Source: Podarcis vaucheri (Eukaryota). Taken from it: 64,000 nt of DNA. The DNA lies in assembly GCA_965113315.1 (NCBI GenBank), contig OZ220372.1; one strand, given 5' to 3'. Positions 1 to 23,600 of the stretch are shown here, one piece after another (within the stretch, counting starts at the first letter, position 1; every line of letters starts with the position of its first letter). A model generated the notes under the pieces. It made no database searches. It was not told where the DNA came from and saw nothing but the letters and a program-made list of their open reading frames with translations. Position numbers and translations under genes: made by a program.

Positions 1-45
1 ATAGTTCTTTTAATGCATACCCTCCAACATTTCTCGGATGAAAAT

Positions 46-470
46 TGTTGTTTTAGTCGTTTAGTTGTGTCCGACTCTTCATGACCCCATGGACCAGAGT
101 GCACCAGGTAGTCCTGTCTTCCACTGCCTCCCGCAGTTTGGTCAAACTCATGTTGGTAGCTTCAACAACACTGTCCAACCATCTCGTCCTCTGTCACCCC
201 CTTCTCCTTGTGCCCTCTATCTTTCTCAGCATCAGGGTCTTTTCCATGGAGTCTTCTCTTCTCATGAGGTGGCCAAAGTATTGGAGCCTCAGCTTCAGGA
301 TCTGTCCTTCCAGTGAGCACTCAGGGCTGATTTCCTTCAGAATGGATCGGTTTGATCTCGCAGTCCATGGGACTCTCAAGAGTCTCCTCCAGCACCATAA
401 TTCAAAAGCATTAATTCTTCGACGATCAGCCTTCTTTATGGTCCAGCTCTCACTTCCATACATCACTACC
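46..470 (-). mobile_element. BovB (RTE-clade LINE) 5'-truncated 3' fragment
   Basis: VVMYGSESWTIKKADRRRINAFELWCWRRLLRVPWTARSN (BovB ORF C-terminus); (CAA)n-type tail; TSD ATGAAAAT at 38-45 and 471-478. Confidence 0.92.
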
Positions 471-509
471 ATGAAAATAGGGATGTCCTATTCAACAACA
501 AAAGCAACA

Positions 510-830
510 ATAAATTTATTATTTATACCCTGCCCATCTGACTGGGTTGCCCCAGCCACTCTGGGCGGCTTCCCACATATAAAAAAACATAATAAAACAT
601 TAAACATTAAAAAATACCCTTCCCTCTGCATGGCCGCCTTTAGCAGTGGCAGAGCTACACGCTCTGGGAGCGGAGAGCAGGTCGGGGCATGGCTGGTGCA
701 CGTCCCAGGGGCCGTGGTGTGCGTCCTGGGGGCGGCCGCAATGGCACCCCACCAGGGATGGCACCCGGGGTGTCCCGCTCCCCCTGCCCCCCTTCGTCCG
801 CCAGTGGCCTTTATATGTCTTCTAAAGACT
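510..830 (-). mobile_element. L2-clade LINE 3' end, interrupted by a hAT MITE
   Basis: CCCATCTGACTGGGTTGCCCCAGCCACTCTGGGCGGCTTCC...ATGTCTTCTAAAG matches the copies at 30742-31020 and 47036-47650. Confidence 0.75.
644..806. mobile_element. GC-rich hAT-type MITE
   Basis: Termini CAGTGGCAGA and TCCGCCAGTG; 8-bp TSD GCCTTTAG/GCCTTTAT. Confidence 0.75.
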
Positions 831-1227
831 GCATAGTTAGTTACTTATCTTCTTAGCTCTTGGAGTGGCTGTTTAATGCTACCTGTGTAGTATTTGGCAG
901 TAAGGAGAATTTTAGATAAAAGCTCATTTTTTGGTTTTGTTTCTCCAACTTTCAATTGTTTTGAACCACTCTGAGATCTACACATAAAGAGTGGTATAGC
1001 AAATAAATAAATAAATCTTCTTAAGCATACTTAATTGCAATGAAGACCCATTGGATTTTACTAAGCTTGTCAAGGGTTGCAGCTGCAGCTGCCTCTGCTT
1101 GTAATGTATAATTGGACATGCATTTCATTTCACCGTCAGAAAACATGTCAGTCTGCAATGCAAACCACAACTACATTTTCACGGCAACGTGCAAAGATGG
1201 TAAGAAATTTAGCAGAAGGGAATTCCT

Positions 1228-1427
1228 NNNNNNNNNNNNNNNNNNNNNNNNNNNNNNNNNNNNNNNNNNNNNNNNNNNNNNNNNNNNNNNNNNNNNNNNN
1301 NNNNNNNNNNNNNNNNNNNNNNNNNNNNNNNNNNNNNNNNNNNNNNNNNNNNNNNNNNNNNNNNNNNNNNNNNNNNNNNNNNNNNNNNNNNNNNNNNNNN
1401 NNNNNNNNNNNNNNNNNNNNNNNNNNN
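1228..1427. other. Assembly gap (200 N)
   Basis: Run of exactly 200 N, typical of a scaffolding placeholder. Confidence 0.99.
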
Positions 1428-1899
1428 ATGGCAAACTGTATTCTGAAAGCCTGCACTCTGTGGATCCAAGAGATTCTGATGTTTAATGCAGTGTACACAG
1501 TTGTAACAAATAAGGGGCCCAGTCAATAACTTCATGCACACAGGGGCTTCACATTTCCCTCTTACAAAGGGGCAGCGAACTGCCTTCACACTGCAAAGCC
1601 CTTGCATGAATCTAGACTTCTTTTTCTGAAAGAACCATCACACCTTCCATCCCACAAAGCAAACTGCTTTTGAAAGCAAGGGAAGTTTCAGATCAGTGTG
1701 CAATGTTGTGTGTGGTTCAAAGGGAGGGGAACCCCTCATTGGACTATCACGTCCTTGGAAACACTTTTAGATACCAGCCCTGGTCTTTAAATGTTATTGT
1801 GTCCTTAGACAATTTGAGGGCACAGGATTTTCATTTGGGAAGCCAAAATTATTTCTCTGGAGACTTCCATCTGATAGCACTTTCAACTGAATGCATAAC

Positions 1900-4800
1900 A
1901 GGAATGAGTCACGGACATAATGCATTAGCCATGAATCGTAATGAAAGCTTATATACATAAACACAAACTCCCAAACCTACATTATATACAATAATACTTA
2001 CAATATATACACACACAGTTTATATACAAAGGCTACCCATAAATACTGAAAAATAGGTTTTAACTTCAACAGGTTATTGTTCTATAAATAACATGTTACA
2101 TTTTATGAATGAAATAACATGGAAGACAGTAATTTAAAAATTAGGTGACAAACAGTGGTTTAATTTAATACTGAAACTGTGACCTGCGATGAAAGCTCTA
2201 AAGAGACAGGTTTACAACAGACACTAGAAATCAATATAGCCTAGTGGTACACAGCAAGGTCAGGCAGGAGACCTCTTTAGTTACTGAATGACACTAAACT
2301 GCATGATTCACAGTGTACTGTCGAGGTATCTCTGATCCAGCAATGACTCCTTTGAAATGCAACAGTTAGTACAGTCATGTAATTTCTGTTACTTTTGCCA
2401 CTCTTCCAGCTGTTGAGATGAACCAATGAACTTAGCTTCTTGGTTACAAACGCTCTTCAGTGTGTTCAGAAAAAATGGTCATTTGTTCCCTGTACCATTC
2501 TGATATCTTGACGGTACTTGGGAATCCTAGTCTTTTTTACAAGAACCACATGAATGGTTAAATTGGAAGAGCTGCCATTTTAACATGAGAGGCTCATCTT
2601 ACCAGCTTTCAGAAGTATGCAAAATATGAAAGCCAAGTACCACTAGACTAGTCTAATTTGCAGGGAAAGAGAGATGTCATTTTCATTACACCATGCACAC
2701 ATGTATAATGGATTACACCGAAGCCAGTAGTGGTTCTCAGATATAAACCAAGCCATTGCTTTGAAAATGATTGCTTTTTGAAAACTCAAAGATGGTCTCT
2801 GTTTGGGTGTTTTAAGTACAGACCAAAGCAAAGTTTCACATATGGGTGTGGCTGTTGGTTACCTGGTTTCTCTGAGAACAAAAGAGATTATCGGGACTGT
2901 TATTCAAGTACAGTTCGTGTTGCCCTGCCCAGGACAATGGCTTGAGTTCAAAATGTCAAGCCATTCGTAACTTGTAAAGGAAAGAAAAGTAGACACTTTT
3001 CAGTAAGGCAGGTTTCTCTTGATACGGACCTCCATGGAATCAAGATTGCAGCCTTAGAGGATGGCAGTTGCCATGCAGAAATTACAAAACAAAAAGGTTT
3101 GCATTGCCAGATTGTAAAAACCTGGGACAGAGTGGCAGTAATCTGCCAACTATTTAAAAATGGACCTAAACTTTTTTTCAAAGAAAAAGGAAAAAAGCCA
3201 GTGTTCTTTAGCTAATTGCATGCCACGATTTGATTCTTATAACTCAACTACTGCTTGAAATCAGCTAAATTAGATTTCTAAACTATTATGCCAAATGAAC
3301 ATAGCGGAAAGCCATCTAATGAGGACTTCGCTGTTAAAACTCTGCCTGTCTTTATTCTTTCAGACTGTCCTTTCCAGCAGCATCTGTGTCTGTTAAGTGG
3401 TGCTGAATGTGCTCTTATGAAAGTACAACATCTCTTCAGCTGGGGATGGAAATAATGCAGGGAACATGCATAGTAACTAAACAGTGTATGATCCTTACCT
3501 ATGCAGGTGTAGTACCAACACACAGATTTATCACCATGGAGTGTTAATAAGAGCACAGTTATTCTCCCCACTCAGCAAAAGTGCTGCCCAGCAATATACT
3601 TGTAGGGAAAGATGGGAAACGGAAAGTCTGTACAGATGTGAATTTAGGGGGGCACGACTGGTTTGGTTGCAGTGCGTACCATGTTCTTCTTATATACCCT
3701 GACCTAATTTAGAGGGGCTGGACGGGATATGGTAAGTAAATGGAAGAATTTCCAATTCCTGTAATATCCCCAGTATGCCAAATGCACACAGAGGAAGGGC
3801 TCTTTAATGCTCTATGGTGATCTCTTTGCAAACAGGGAAGGATCAAGCACTCAGTGACCACGGAATTACCACCTCCTTTTCAAAGCAAACTACTTAAGGC
3901 TCAAACAGCACATGCCTATATCAGAAAAATATGAGATGACAGTGTAGTCCCATCAAGGTCTTAATAATAATAATAGTAATTTTAAAAGACTGCTGTACAA
4001 AATCCGTTGCATTAGGAATCCCAGTTGCCTTATGAAGAGAGCTTTTGCCTTACACACCAAATCCTGGCGTACTATATGCAATTAGGAATATCACATTGTC
4101 AGAGAGGAACAAAAACATAAAATAATTTAAAATCCAACAATGGATGAAAACTGGTTATTGAAAAACATCGTACAGTGTGTGAATACTGTTATACTGCTAG
4201 TAAACGATAGTAGGACCTCATTTTTACTTGTTTCAAAAAAAACAAAAACAAAAGCTAAAATGTGTAAAATTGTCGCTGGATCATGTGAACTCCACATTAA
4301 TGGCAAATGACCCAACATGATTTGGTTGGTACCTGCAACTGAATAATAATAATAATAGCCCATTTGTTTAATATAATTGCACTATTGAGTACCTCAAGAA
4401 GAAAAATGCTTAGGATTGTACTTTCAGTAATTTGCCAAATACTGCTCCTATGCATCCCTCATTAATTTCAAGGGTCTTGTTTGGTTGTAGCACTAATTGG
4501 ATTGGTTGCTACGTTTGCTACATATAAATTGTTTTAATACATCATCCATTCTAATGGTATGAAATCTTTTTTAAAACATGACAATTTGAGTAAATAGCTA
4601 CTTAAAAGAGTGTGGTGGTTTATGTTGGTTGGATTAGAAATATTGCCATGGGGTTGTCTTAACATATTTGTTTGGTTTTAGGTTAGAATAACTAAGTTAT
4701 GTGTAGAAATCATTAAACAGTTTTGAGTCTTTCAAATTAACCAACCTTTCACATAATAGGTTTCAAAAATAATTTCATATGGCCAAAAATATACTTTTAA

Positions 4801-5389
4801 GGATATGCCTCTATAGGCAGGCAAAACATGTTGAATTTAGAACTCTGCTTAAACAGTTTTACGGATTTTCTTTTTACCCTTATTTGGATCATCAACTTAC
4901 AAAACATTTTCTTAAAGTCAAAATAGTGCTTTTGAGGTCCATAAAATTTTTGGTACAAAAATAATAGTGTTTTTCTCATTCACTTTCAATGGTTAGCTTA
5001 CCCTCCTGATGTAAACTAACTTATTTCTCACATCAATTGTTTCCATTAGGCACATTCAAGTAAAACGATAAAATATCCAAGTAACAATGACAAAAGCCAA
5101 ACATGGCTTGATAAAATTTTACAGAGAGAGCTGTCCATTCTCTGGAATGGAATAAATAGTCACTTCCCTCAGCCAAAGATTCAGGTGGTTTGATGTTAGT
5201 ATCGATTCCCATAGTGCAGAATAGTATCTTTTTTAAAAAAAAGTTCACCTATCCTCCATTCAGAAGAACCAGAAGAACCAGCATCAAAGAATCTGCATTT
5301 CGAAAGGAAGCAGAATTGCAAACGTGGGTAAGAAGTTCTGTTTTTTTTCAGTAGATGGTTTTGTAAGCACTGGAGTCCAAAGCAGATAG
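1900..5389 (-). other. SLC38A2: SLC38A2 3' UTR (distal end uncertain)
   Basis: About 3.5 kb of TE-free, AT-rich sequence after the stop codon. Candidate poly(A) signals on the minus strand near 3351 (AATAAA), 2159-2169 and 1482 (ATTAAA); the true end cannot be fixed from sequence. Confidence 0.6.
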
Positions 5390-16556
<11,167 letters not shown>

Positions 16557-16744
16557 GATGAGATCCAGGATGCCTTTTTTGGGGGTACCGGATTAAAAGC
16601 AGGCAAATCAACTATTTGGGATAGTGGCAGCAAGCCTGGGCTCCTCTTGATCTTTTGTCCTTGGCTGCTGGACTTGCCTTGTCTGTGAAGGTAAAAAAAA
16701 AAAAAAAGGGAAACGTCAATACTGCAGTAGTCCTCCCGAATTGG

Positions 16745-16754
16745 GTCACGTGAG
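16745..16754. promoter_or_regulatory. Palindromic E-box / CLEAR-like motif (GTCACGTGAG)
   Basis: TCACGTGA palindrome in the GC-rich part of intron 1. Confidence 0.45.
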
Positions 16755-16959
16755 CAGCCGCCGCCGCCGCTTCTGCTCACCGCGGCTGATTCATAGGCAG
16801 CCAGGCGAGTGGAAAAGTACCAGCAGAGATGGGAGGGAGGAGGGAGATGGCAAGGGAAGGAAAAGTACAAGAGAGTAGAACAAAGATAATCTCCAGCTTC
16901 GACACGGCAGCCCCCGCCAATGGGGAAGATCTGCGTGTGAAAGGCAAGGGGATGCACTG

Positions 16960-17027
16960 CACAACACAACGCAACGCAACGCAACACAACACAACACAAC
17001 ACAACACAACACAACACAACACAACAC
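16960..17027. repeat. (CAACA/CAACG)n pentanucleotide microsatellite in intron 1
   Basis: Directly visible tandem pentamers. Confidence 0.95.
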
Positions 17028-17283
17028 ATATCTGCCCAACAATCCATTTCGACCTATACATCACTTGCTCTCCACTCACCCCCCACCCCCCCGCAAGTCA
17101 TTTAAAGGTAGTCATTTTAATTATAAGGGTTGACTTCTTAAAGGGTAGACTAAACCAGGAGAAACCCCAAGTTGCAAAGGTTAGTTGAAGGTTCACGAAA
17201 ATCGACTTGGGTCCAACCAGAAATGACACACTGACACACACAAACCTCTGTACAGGTTTGGGCGGCCAGCCAACTCCACCCCG

Positions 17284-17323
17284 TCGGAACGGAAAATGAT
17301 GCAACCCCGTCGGGCGATTGTCA
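17284..17323 (-). promoter_or_regulatory. Intron-1 amino acid response enhancer: CAAT box, AARE/CARE (ATF4-C/EBP) and purine-rich box
   Basis: Minus strand reads TGACAAT-cgcccgacggg-GTTGCATCA-TTTTCCGTTCCG; TGATGCAAC at 17297-17305. Same order and intron-1 location as the described mammalian SNAT2 enhancer. Confidence 0.8.
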
Positions 17324-17720
17324 CATTCCCTTTCAGTACATTAACCACCCTGCCTTGCTCGTTATCCTTTCCTTGACCATTCCCTTCCACCCTTCCTCAT
17401 AATAATAGTAATAATAATAATAATAAAGAGGGGTCCCTGCATTTTTAAAATGGAAAAAATGCAAATCAGTCACAAGACTGCACCAGCAGCGCCTGTTTTC
17501 TAGTAGGTCTTCTCCATCCCAAGCTCTCCAAAGATGCAGCAACGGTGGCTGGGCTATTTCTTTTTTTTTTTTTAACACCCAATCTTACGTAAAGGAACGA
17601 TTTGGGGTTTTTTTTGTTGTTGCCATGCCTTCGCTACCACAGCAGCAAACCAGCCCCCTCCCCATGATCACAGATTCCCCCCCCCAACCCCCTGAAACAG
17701 CCCAAGAAGATTTTTTTTAC

Positions 17721-18255
17721 CTCGATCAGTGAAGCCTTGGATATTCCGGATCTCCTTTCCACCCCACAAAAATTAAAATTCAAAAAAAATGCTGAGATCT
17801 CCGCGATTTAATTCGCTTCTTCAACGGAAGCAAAAAAACGACGACAAAAACCCTCAGATATTAACAATTAAAAGGCCCAGTAAGAAATATATATATATGT
17901 ATATATATATATACACACAAATTAAAATATCAGCAATAGGTTTTGTTTTAAATTGTTTCGTAAAAAAAAAGCCGGTATAAAATAATAATTTATGGTTCTT
18001 TTATTAAATAAAGCAAGAAGAATCACGACGAAAATTCTGGAGGCGGAGAGTGAGGTATGCGGCTTGGACGCTTGGCGAGGTGGTTGGTTTTTTGTGTTTT
18101 TCTCTATTGTGAGCCGCCGAGCAGAAGGCGCAGCATCAGCTCTAGCGGAACGTCGCGCTCAGGTCTGGGGAATGTCTGGCGATGCCTCCGCTTTTGAGGG
18201 CGGAATGCGGCGACGTCAGAGAAGGGGGAGCGGCGGAAGGACAGGGCGCGGCTTC
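17721..18255 (-). other. SLC38A2: SLC38A2 non-coding exon 1 (5' UTR); TSS approximate
   Basis: Donor CGAG|GTAAAA at 17721/17720. CpG-rich start followed by a U-rich tract, resembling the mammalian SNAT2 5' UTR. TATA-like TATACAAA (minus strand) at ~18280-18287 places the TSS near 18255. Confidence 0.7.
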
Positions 18256-18460
18256 CCCTCGACAACGTGCAGCCGCTTCTTTGTATACCAACACGGAGCT
18301 CCGCCGCTCCGCCCCGGGAGCTCTTCCGACTCCGCCTTACGAGGCCGCTCCGGGGACGCTGTTTCACCCTCGGGAGGAGCCAACTCTTTCCCGCACAAGA
18401 AGCGGATCACGAGGCTGTTACTTAGCAGCCGGGCGAAACTTGACGCCGGCGATTCTTCGA
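18040..18460 (-). promoter_or_regulatory. CpG-island promoter of SLC38A2 with TATA-like box, GC boxes and CRE-like site
   Basis: Dense CpG; TATACAAA at ~18280-18287 (minus); GC box CCGCCCC at ~18309-18315; TGACGTCG (minus) at 18211-18218. Confidence 0.8.
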
Positions 18461-18876
18461 AATGATGGAGGCTTCAAATTACAATGGGGGCAGGGCTTTG
18501 CTTTTGGATCCTAAGTTTTTTTTTTTCCCCTGGGTCCCGTGGATGCCTTCGGCCTCAGTTTCCCCATCTGCAAAACCAGAACAACACAGTCTCGTTTGCA
18601 GTGCCGGATTTATGCATTAGCTGAAGAAGCTATTCAAGTTCTTGAAACATTTCATTCCAAATTTGCTAAACAGAGCCAGACAGAGGATGATGGCAGGTGG
18701 GTGTCCTTCTGCCCCCAACACAAATCAAACCAAATTGTAAATTATACTAAATTGTACAGAACACCCTCTGGACACAGTAATGTTTTCTGAAATGCCACCA
18801 CAGCTCACTAGTCTAATTTTTGGTCCACCAGCTGCTGATTTCATAGATAAATGTAACATCACTGAATTATCATATG

Positions 18877-19033
18877 CAGTGCTTTTTTCCATGGGGGTAC
18901 GCAGGGGTGCACATATTCTTAAACATTTTGTGAAATTAAGTTTGGCCTCATTGAGGGGCAGTATTTCAATATGAGTAGGAAAATGAGAGTACCCCTAAAC
19001 ATTTTTAACCTTTTTTAAAGAAAAAAAGCACTG
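18877..19033. mobile_element. hAT-type MITE ~600 bp upstream of the TSS
   Basis: TIR CAGTGCTTTTTT/AAAAAAGCACTG; perfect 8-bp TSD ATCATATG. Confidence 0.88.
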
Positions 19034-20216
19034 ATCATATGTATACAACCACAGCATCTCCTAAGTCCTGAGATGTTACCAAAACTGATTGATAAAACCT
19101 ATGGTTTTAAAATGCTTAGATGAGATGGGGTATGGGTGAAAATGGTGCCAAAAAGAAGACTTCCACCGTGGGAACACTGCATCTGAAGATTTTGTGTGAC
19201 TCAGTAAAACCAAAACAAAACATTTCCAACCTTATTTAACTCATGTTTTCTTGTACCACCAAGGCTGCTAAAACTTTTGTCTAATAAGAACAAAAATTCT
19301 GCTTATGGTATACGGTACTGTATTAGATTTTGAGGGTATGAATTCAGGACTCAGGAGTCATTCTGTATTTTTAACCACCTAAGTCACAATTTCCAGTTAA
19401 GTCTAGGATACTGTTAATATCACATGATAATGATATAACATATCCAGGAGGAAAATTATATGAATTGCCCTGACTTGTGTGCATGCCTTTAATGAGTATT
19501 ACTCATTCCTTATGTAACTGTGGTGCTGGGCATTTATAGATACACTTTATGGAAACTCTGCCAGAATTAAACAGAATAACCAAGTAACAGAATCTACCCA
19601 AGCCTGACAAACATTTTTAATTCATAGATGTATTTTACAATTCTTTCACCCTGGGAAAAGCAAGATTTTCTTTCAACTCCTTGCATTGGGTTAGGAAGAA
19701 ATAAACACAAACATATAAAAGAAATATCTATAAATAAATAAATTTCATTCCATGAGTGTGTTTCTATGCTCTAGTGTGTGTGTGTGTTTTTAGCTCCCCA
19801 TCCCCAGCCTTTTAAATACAAAAATAAATATTGTATTTTTAAAATTTTCCTCTGAGCCAACCCATCTATTAATGAAAGATTCAGGAAAGGGATAGAGGGT
19901 TTTCAGAACAGAGGCAAACAACCGTGCTTCAGTAACCTTTGTGCTTCCCACAAACGTAATCTAGGCAGCATAGTAGTAAGATCACAAGTGATTCTATTAT
20001 ATTGGAATATGTCCCCCCCCCCCAAGTTTGCTGTAGTTCATTTCTTTGTTTTGCTCCTGTATTGTTTGGAAGCTTTGACATCTGCCAATGCTTTCTGTAA
20101 GTGGCATGTTTTTCTTTTGAAGGAGGGCTGAAAAGTACATTTGGGAAACTCTTTGAGAGCAATTTAGTAAGTGTCAGTTCTCTTCCTGACTTGACTATTT
20201 TGATTCCTAGGACTAC

Positions 20217-20641
20217 GGTTTTCCCAGTAGTGATGTATGGAAGTGAGAGCTGGACCATAAAGAAGGCAGATCTCTGAAGAATTGATGCTTTTGAATTATG
20301 GTGTTGGAGGAGACTCTTGAGAGTCCCATGGACTGCAAGAAGATCAAACCTATCCAAGGAAATCAGCCCTGAGTGCTCACTGGAAGGACAGATCCTGAAG
20401 CTGAGGCTCCAATATTTTGGCCACCTCATGAGAAGAGAAGACTCCCTGGAAAAGACCCTGATGTTGGGAAAGTTTGAGGGTACAAGGAGAAGGGGACGAC
20501 AGAGGACGAGATGGTTGGACAGTGTTCTCGAAGCTACCAGCATGAGTTTGACCAAACTGTGGGAGGCAGTGGAAGACAGGAGTGCCTGGCGTGCTCTGGT
20601 CCATGGGGTCACGAAGAGTTGGACACGACTAAACAACAACA
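20217..20641 (+). mobile_element. BovB LINE 3' fragment
   Basis: RVPWTARRSN...SLEGQILKLRLQYFGHLMRREDSLEKTLMLGK; (CAA)n tail; TSD AGGACTAC. Confidence 0.93.
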
Positions 20642-23600
20642 AGGACTACACCCTGTGCTAATGGGGAACAGATTCTCTGAGTGTGGCTCCATATGTAGCT
20701 GAAATTGGACCAGTAGGCTTGGGGGAGCCCCAAAGTTAGCAGAAGTACACACACACACACAAATGACACCACGTTGATAGGAGGGGAACCCAGAGAGGAA
20801 AAAGGCATGGCTGGCTGCCTGGACCCCCCAACATTTTCTTGCAGGTGCCCCTAGTTTCTGACCAGTTGTAAACAGCAGTGTCAGCTGTACTTGGTGACAG
20901 CATGAAAGCTAGTCTCATTCTTGAATACAAATAGCTATCCTGGAGCAATACTCTTTGGATTTGTAACTGAACCAGGGACAAGTCAAGACATTTTGCAGCT
21001 TGACATATGCCCCTTACCCATTCCATGTACAAAAGCTGGCTGGACAAGCTCTTGAATCTTATTTTAATTGCTTGTGACAGGATAGCATCCACCACACCTG
21101 AGACTGCAGGCCAGATTAGGGGACCTAGAAGTGGTCATGTGGCAACAGAGGGAAATAGCTGAGAAGCTCAGGAGAAACAGTCAGAGAATGCTGCCGCTGC
21201 CTCCAACTTCTGCCAGCTGGGGTGGTTGTCTCACTGTTTCTAATGGCAGGACCAGTCCTGACTTGACTCCCAAATATTAGAGCTCATAATAGCATGATTG
21301 AAAGAGATGAGTAACAGCATGGTTAATTTAATTGGGTTTACTCCCAGGTAGGTGGGGTAGCCTTATTTGGTGATCCTGTGTTCACTCACATGGGAATAAG
21401 TCCCACTTGAGTCCCACAGAAAGAAACACAAACAACACTTATTATAATCATTTCAGTATTAAAGCAGTATTAAATTGATGTAGTTCCAGGAGCTGTAGTC
21501 ACTTTACAACAAAAACTGCCTAGGATCATGTTGAGCATGAAGACACCATCTTATGAAACACTAAGTGCCACCCTATGCATGCCTATTCAGAAGTCAGTCC
21601 CATTGAGTTCACATTAGGGGTATAAGATTGCAGCCTAAGTTTTTCATTGGCTTCTCAAACTGGTTTTTGCCAAGACAAATCTCAGCAGTAAAGATGATGA
21701 TGAACAGATACAAAAATGAAGATTTGGTGTACATGTGGTTCCACACAACCTAAATGCTTGGATAAAATGAAAATGGAACTTTCAGTTCAGGACATAGAAT
21801 CCACAACCCACTGGAGAACAACCAATGAAATGTATGCTGTGTGGCCATTCACTTTTCACACTCTCAAACCAAGCTTGGACTGGAGAAGTAGAAAGAACTG
21901 TAATGTTTGAAAAGGAAGTCTTAAAATAAATTTCAACACAGTGGAGCGGTGTGCAAGTTCCCCTTTCAAATGCTTTGAACAATCTTCAAATTGGAGAAGG
22001 AGAAATTCTACTTGGCAACTACAAGGAAGACACATTTATTTACAGAATGCAAGATGTTTCTTCAGGGGAAGGCAGACTTCAGTCCTGCAGGGTCCACTTT
22101 GTTTTGCTTTCACTAGAATCCCAAAGCCCTCTAAGCAGAGTCAGGTGCTAAATAGTGGCTGGGATGGTGGAGGCAGGCAACACCCCCTTAGAATAAGGAC
22201 CCAGGGTATATCTGAGCACTTGCTCAGCCCAGTTTTTATTCCCAGAACTGAATTCATAGTCCTATCACAAAAAACGCACACTCCCAGTTCCTTCCTCCCA
22301 TTACCTAGCATCCAAATTTGGAGTGTGTTTGTATGTGCCTTTTTGTTGTTGCATTTGCAAATTAATTGGGAGTCAGAAACCTTGTTGAACTCTTGTTGAA
22401 TATGCACCTTCTGCCCACCCCTGCTTATATAAGGGGTAGCCCAACCAAGGCTGAAAATATTCCAGTCCCCCTTGAACTATGAATAAATTTCATTTCTCAC
22501 TGATATAATGGTAGTTGTAATGGGACAATGTTTCCGTAATGTGTGGGTGTTACACGTAGTGTTTGAACTGTTTAATTGATAAAATGTGCTCTGTGCAGGA
22601 CAAATGAAAACTTGAGTGAGAGCGGGGATGCACATTTCAAATCACTCTGAGGTTCACTTAATGAGGCTGAAATTAGTTAGAAGTTCTTAGTTCTATAATC
22701 CAAATTTCCATGAAAGCAGTCTCAAAAAGGAACCAGTGCTTTGTTTATATGCAATACGCCATCAAGTGCACTGAGCCCACAGCAATAATTGGCAATTTAT
22801 GTCAAAATGGATACGTTTTGGGCCATCCTAAATAGTACTTTGAAAAGTGCCCTCATTGAGACACCCTAGCATTAGCTCCAGTCCACTGCCTTCCTTTGCT
22901 GTAGGATGCTCAGTCTAAAGCATACTGCCCCATACAAAAATCTACCAATGTGTTATTGGCATGGAAACAATAAGTTTGGTGCCGCCTTGCACCACAACCA
23001 AAGTGTTAGGCTGGATGCAATGTTAGGTCAACATGTAGAAGGCGGCACACTCCTGGAATTCTAGGTGTGTGTTTTGTTGTAGCCCAAATCTTAGTCTGGC
23101 ACACACACATACACAGTTCATTATTCATTAAGCAATTGTCAGGGGGCCAGGGGCCTTGATAGTGAATTGAGCAAAAGAAAAGTGTTGGGTCAAATGTGAT
23201 GCTAAAATTCCTCATAGAGGACACACTTTAAGGAATGGATGCATGCTTTATTTGTATCTTGATTACTGGCATGGGGCAGGAGCTTCACAATGTGTTGCAC
23301 CAAAATGAAGTATTCAGATAGACATGAATGGGGCTTCTTGAACAGGACACTCTCCAGGAGGTGTGGATGGATTATTTGTAGCAGCCCAAAATTCAGTTTG
23401 GGATGCACAGTTCCTTATCTGTAAGGGTTCTTCGGAGTCACTGCACATAAAAGTGCTGCACAAAACCAGTGATTTTGATTGGAGAGAATGATTGTGCATC
23501 TTGGAAGATATCATTCCCACAGTCATTGTAATACCTGAAACAAAGTAGCCCAAAGCCTTATTTTGAGATGCAGGGGCTTATAAACTTCAGTTCCAGCTAA

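Noticed and set aside
81-836. 251-aa ORF and similar MTPWTRA... ORFs at 19929, 28879, 34580 and 51601
   Set aside because: Antisense frames of BovB fragments
1077-1607. ORFs containing X runs
   Set aside because: Artefacts of reading through the 200-N gap
17992-18514. 110-157 aa ORFs over the SLC38A2 promoter
   Set aside because: Stop-poor GC-rich CpG island; no recognisable protein
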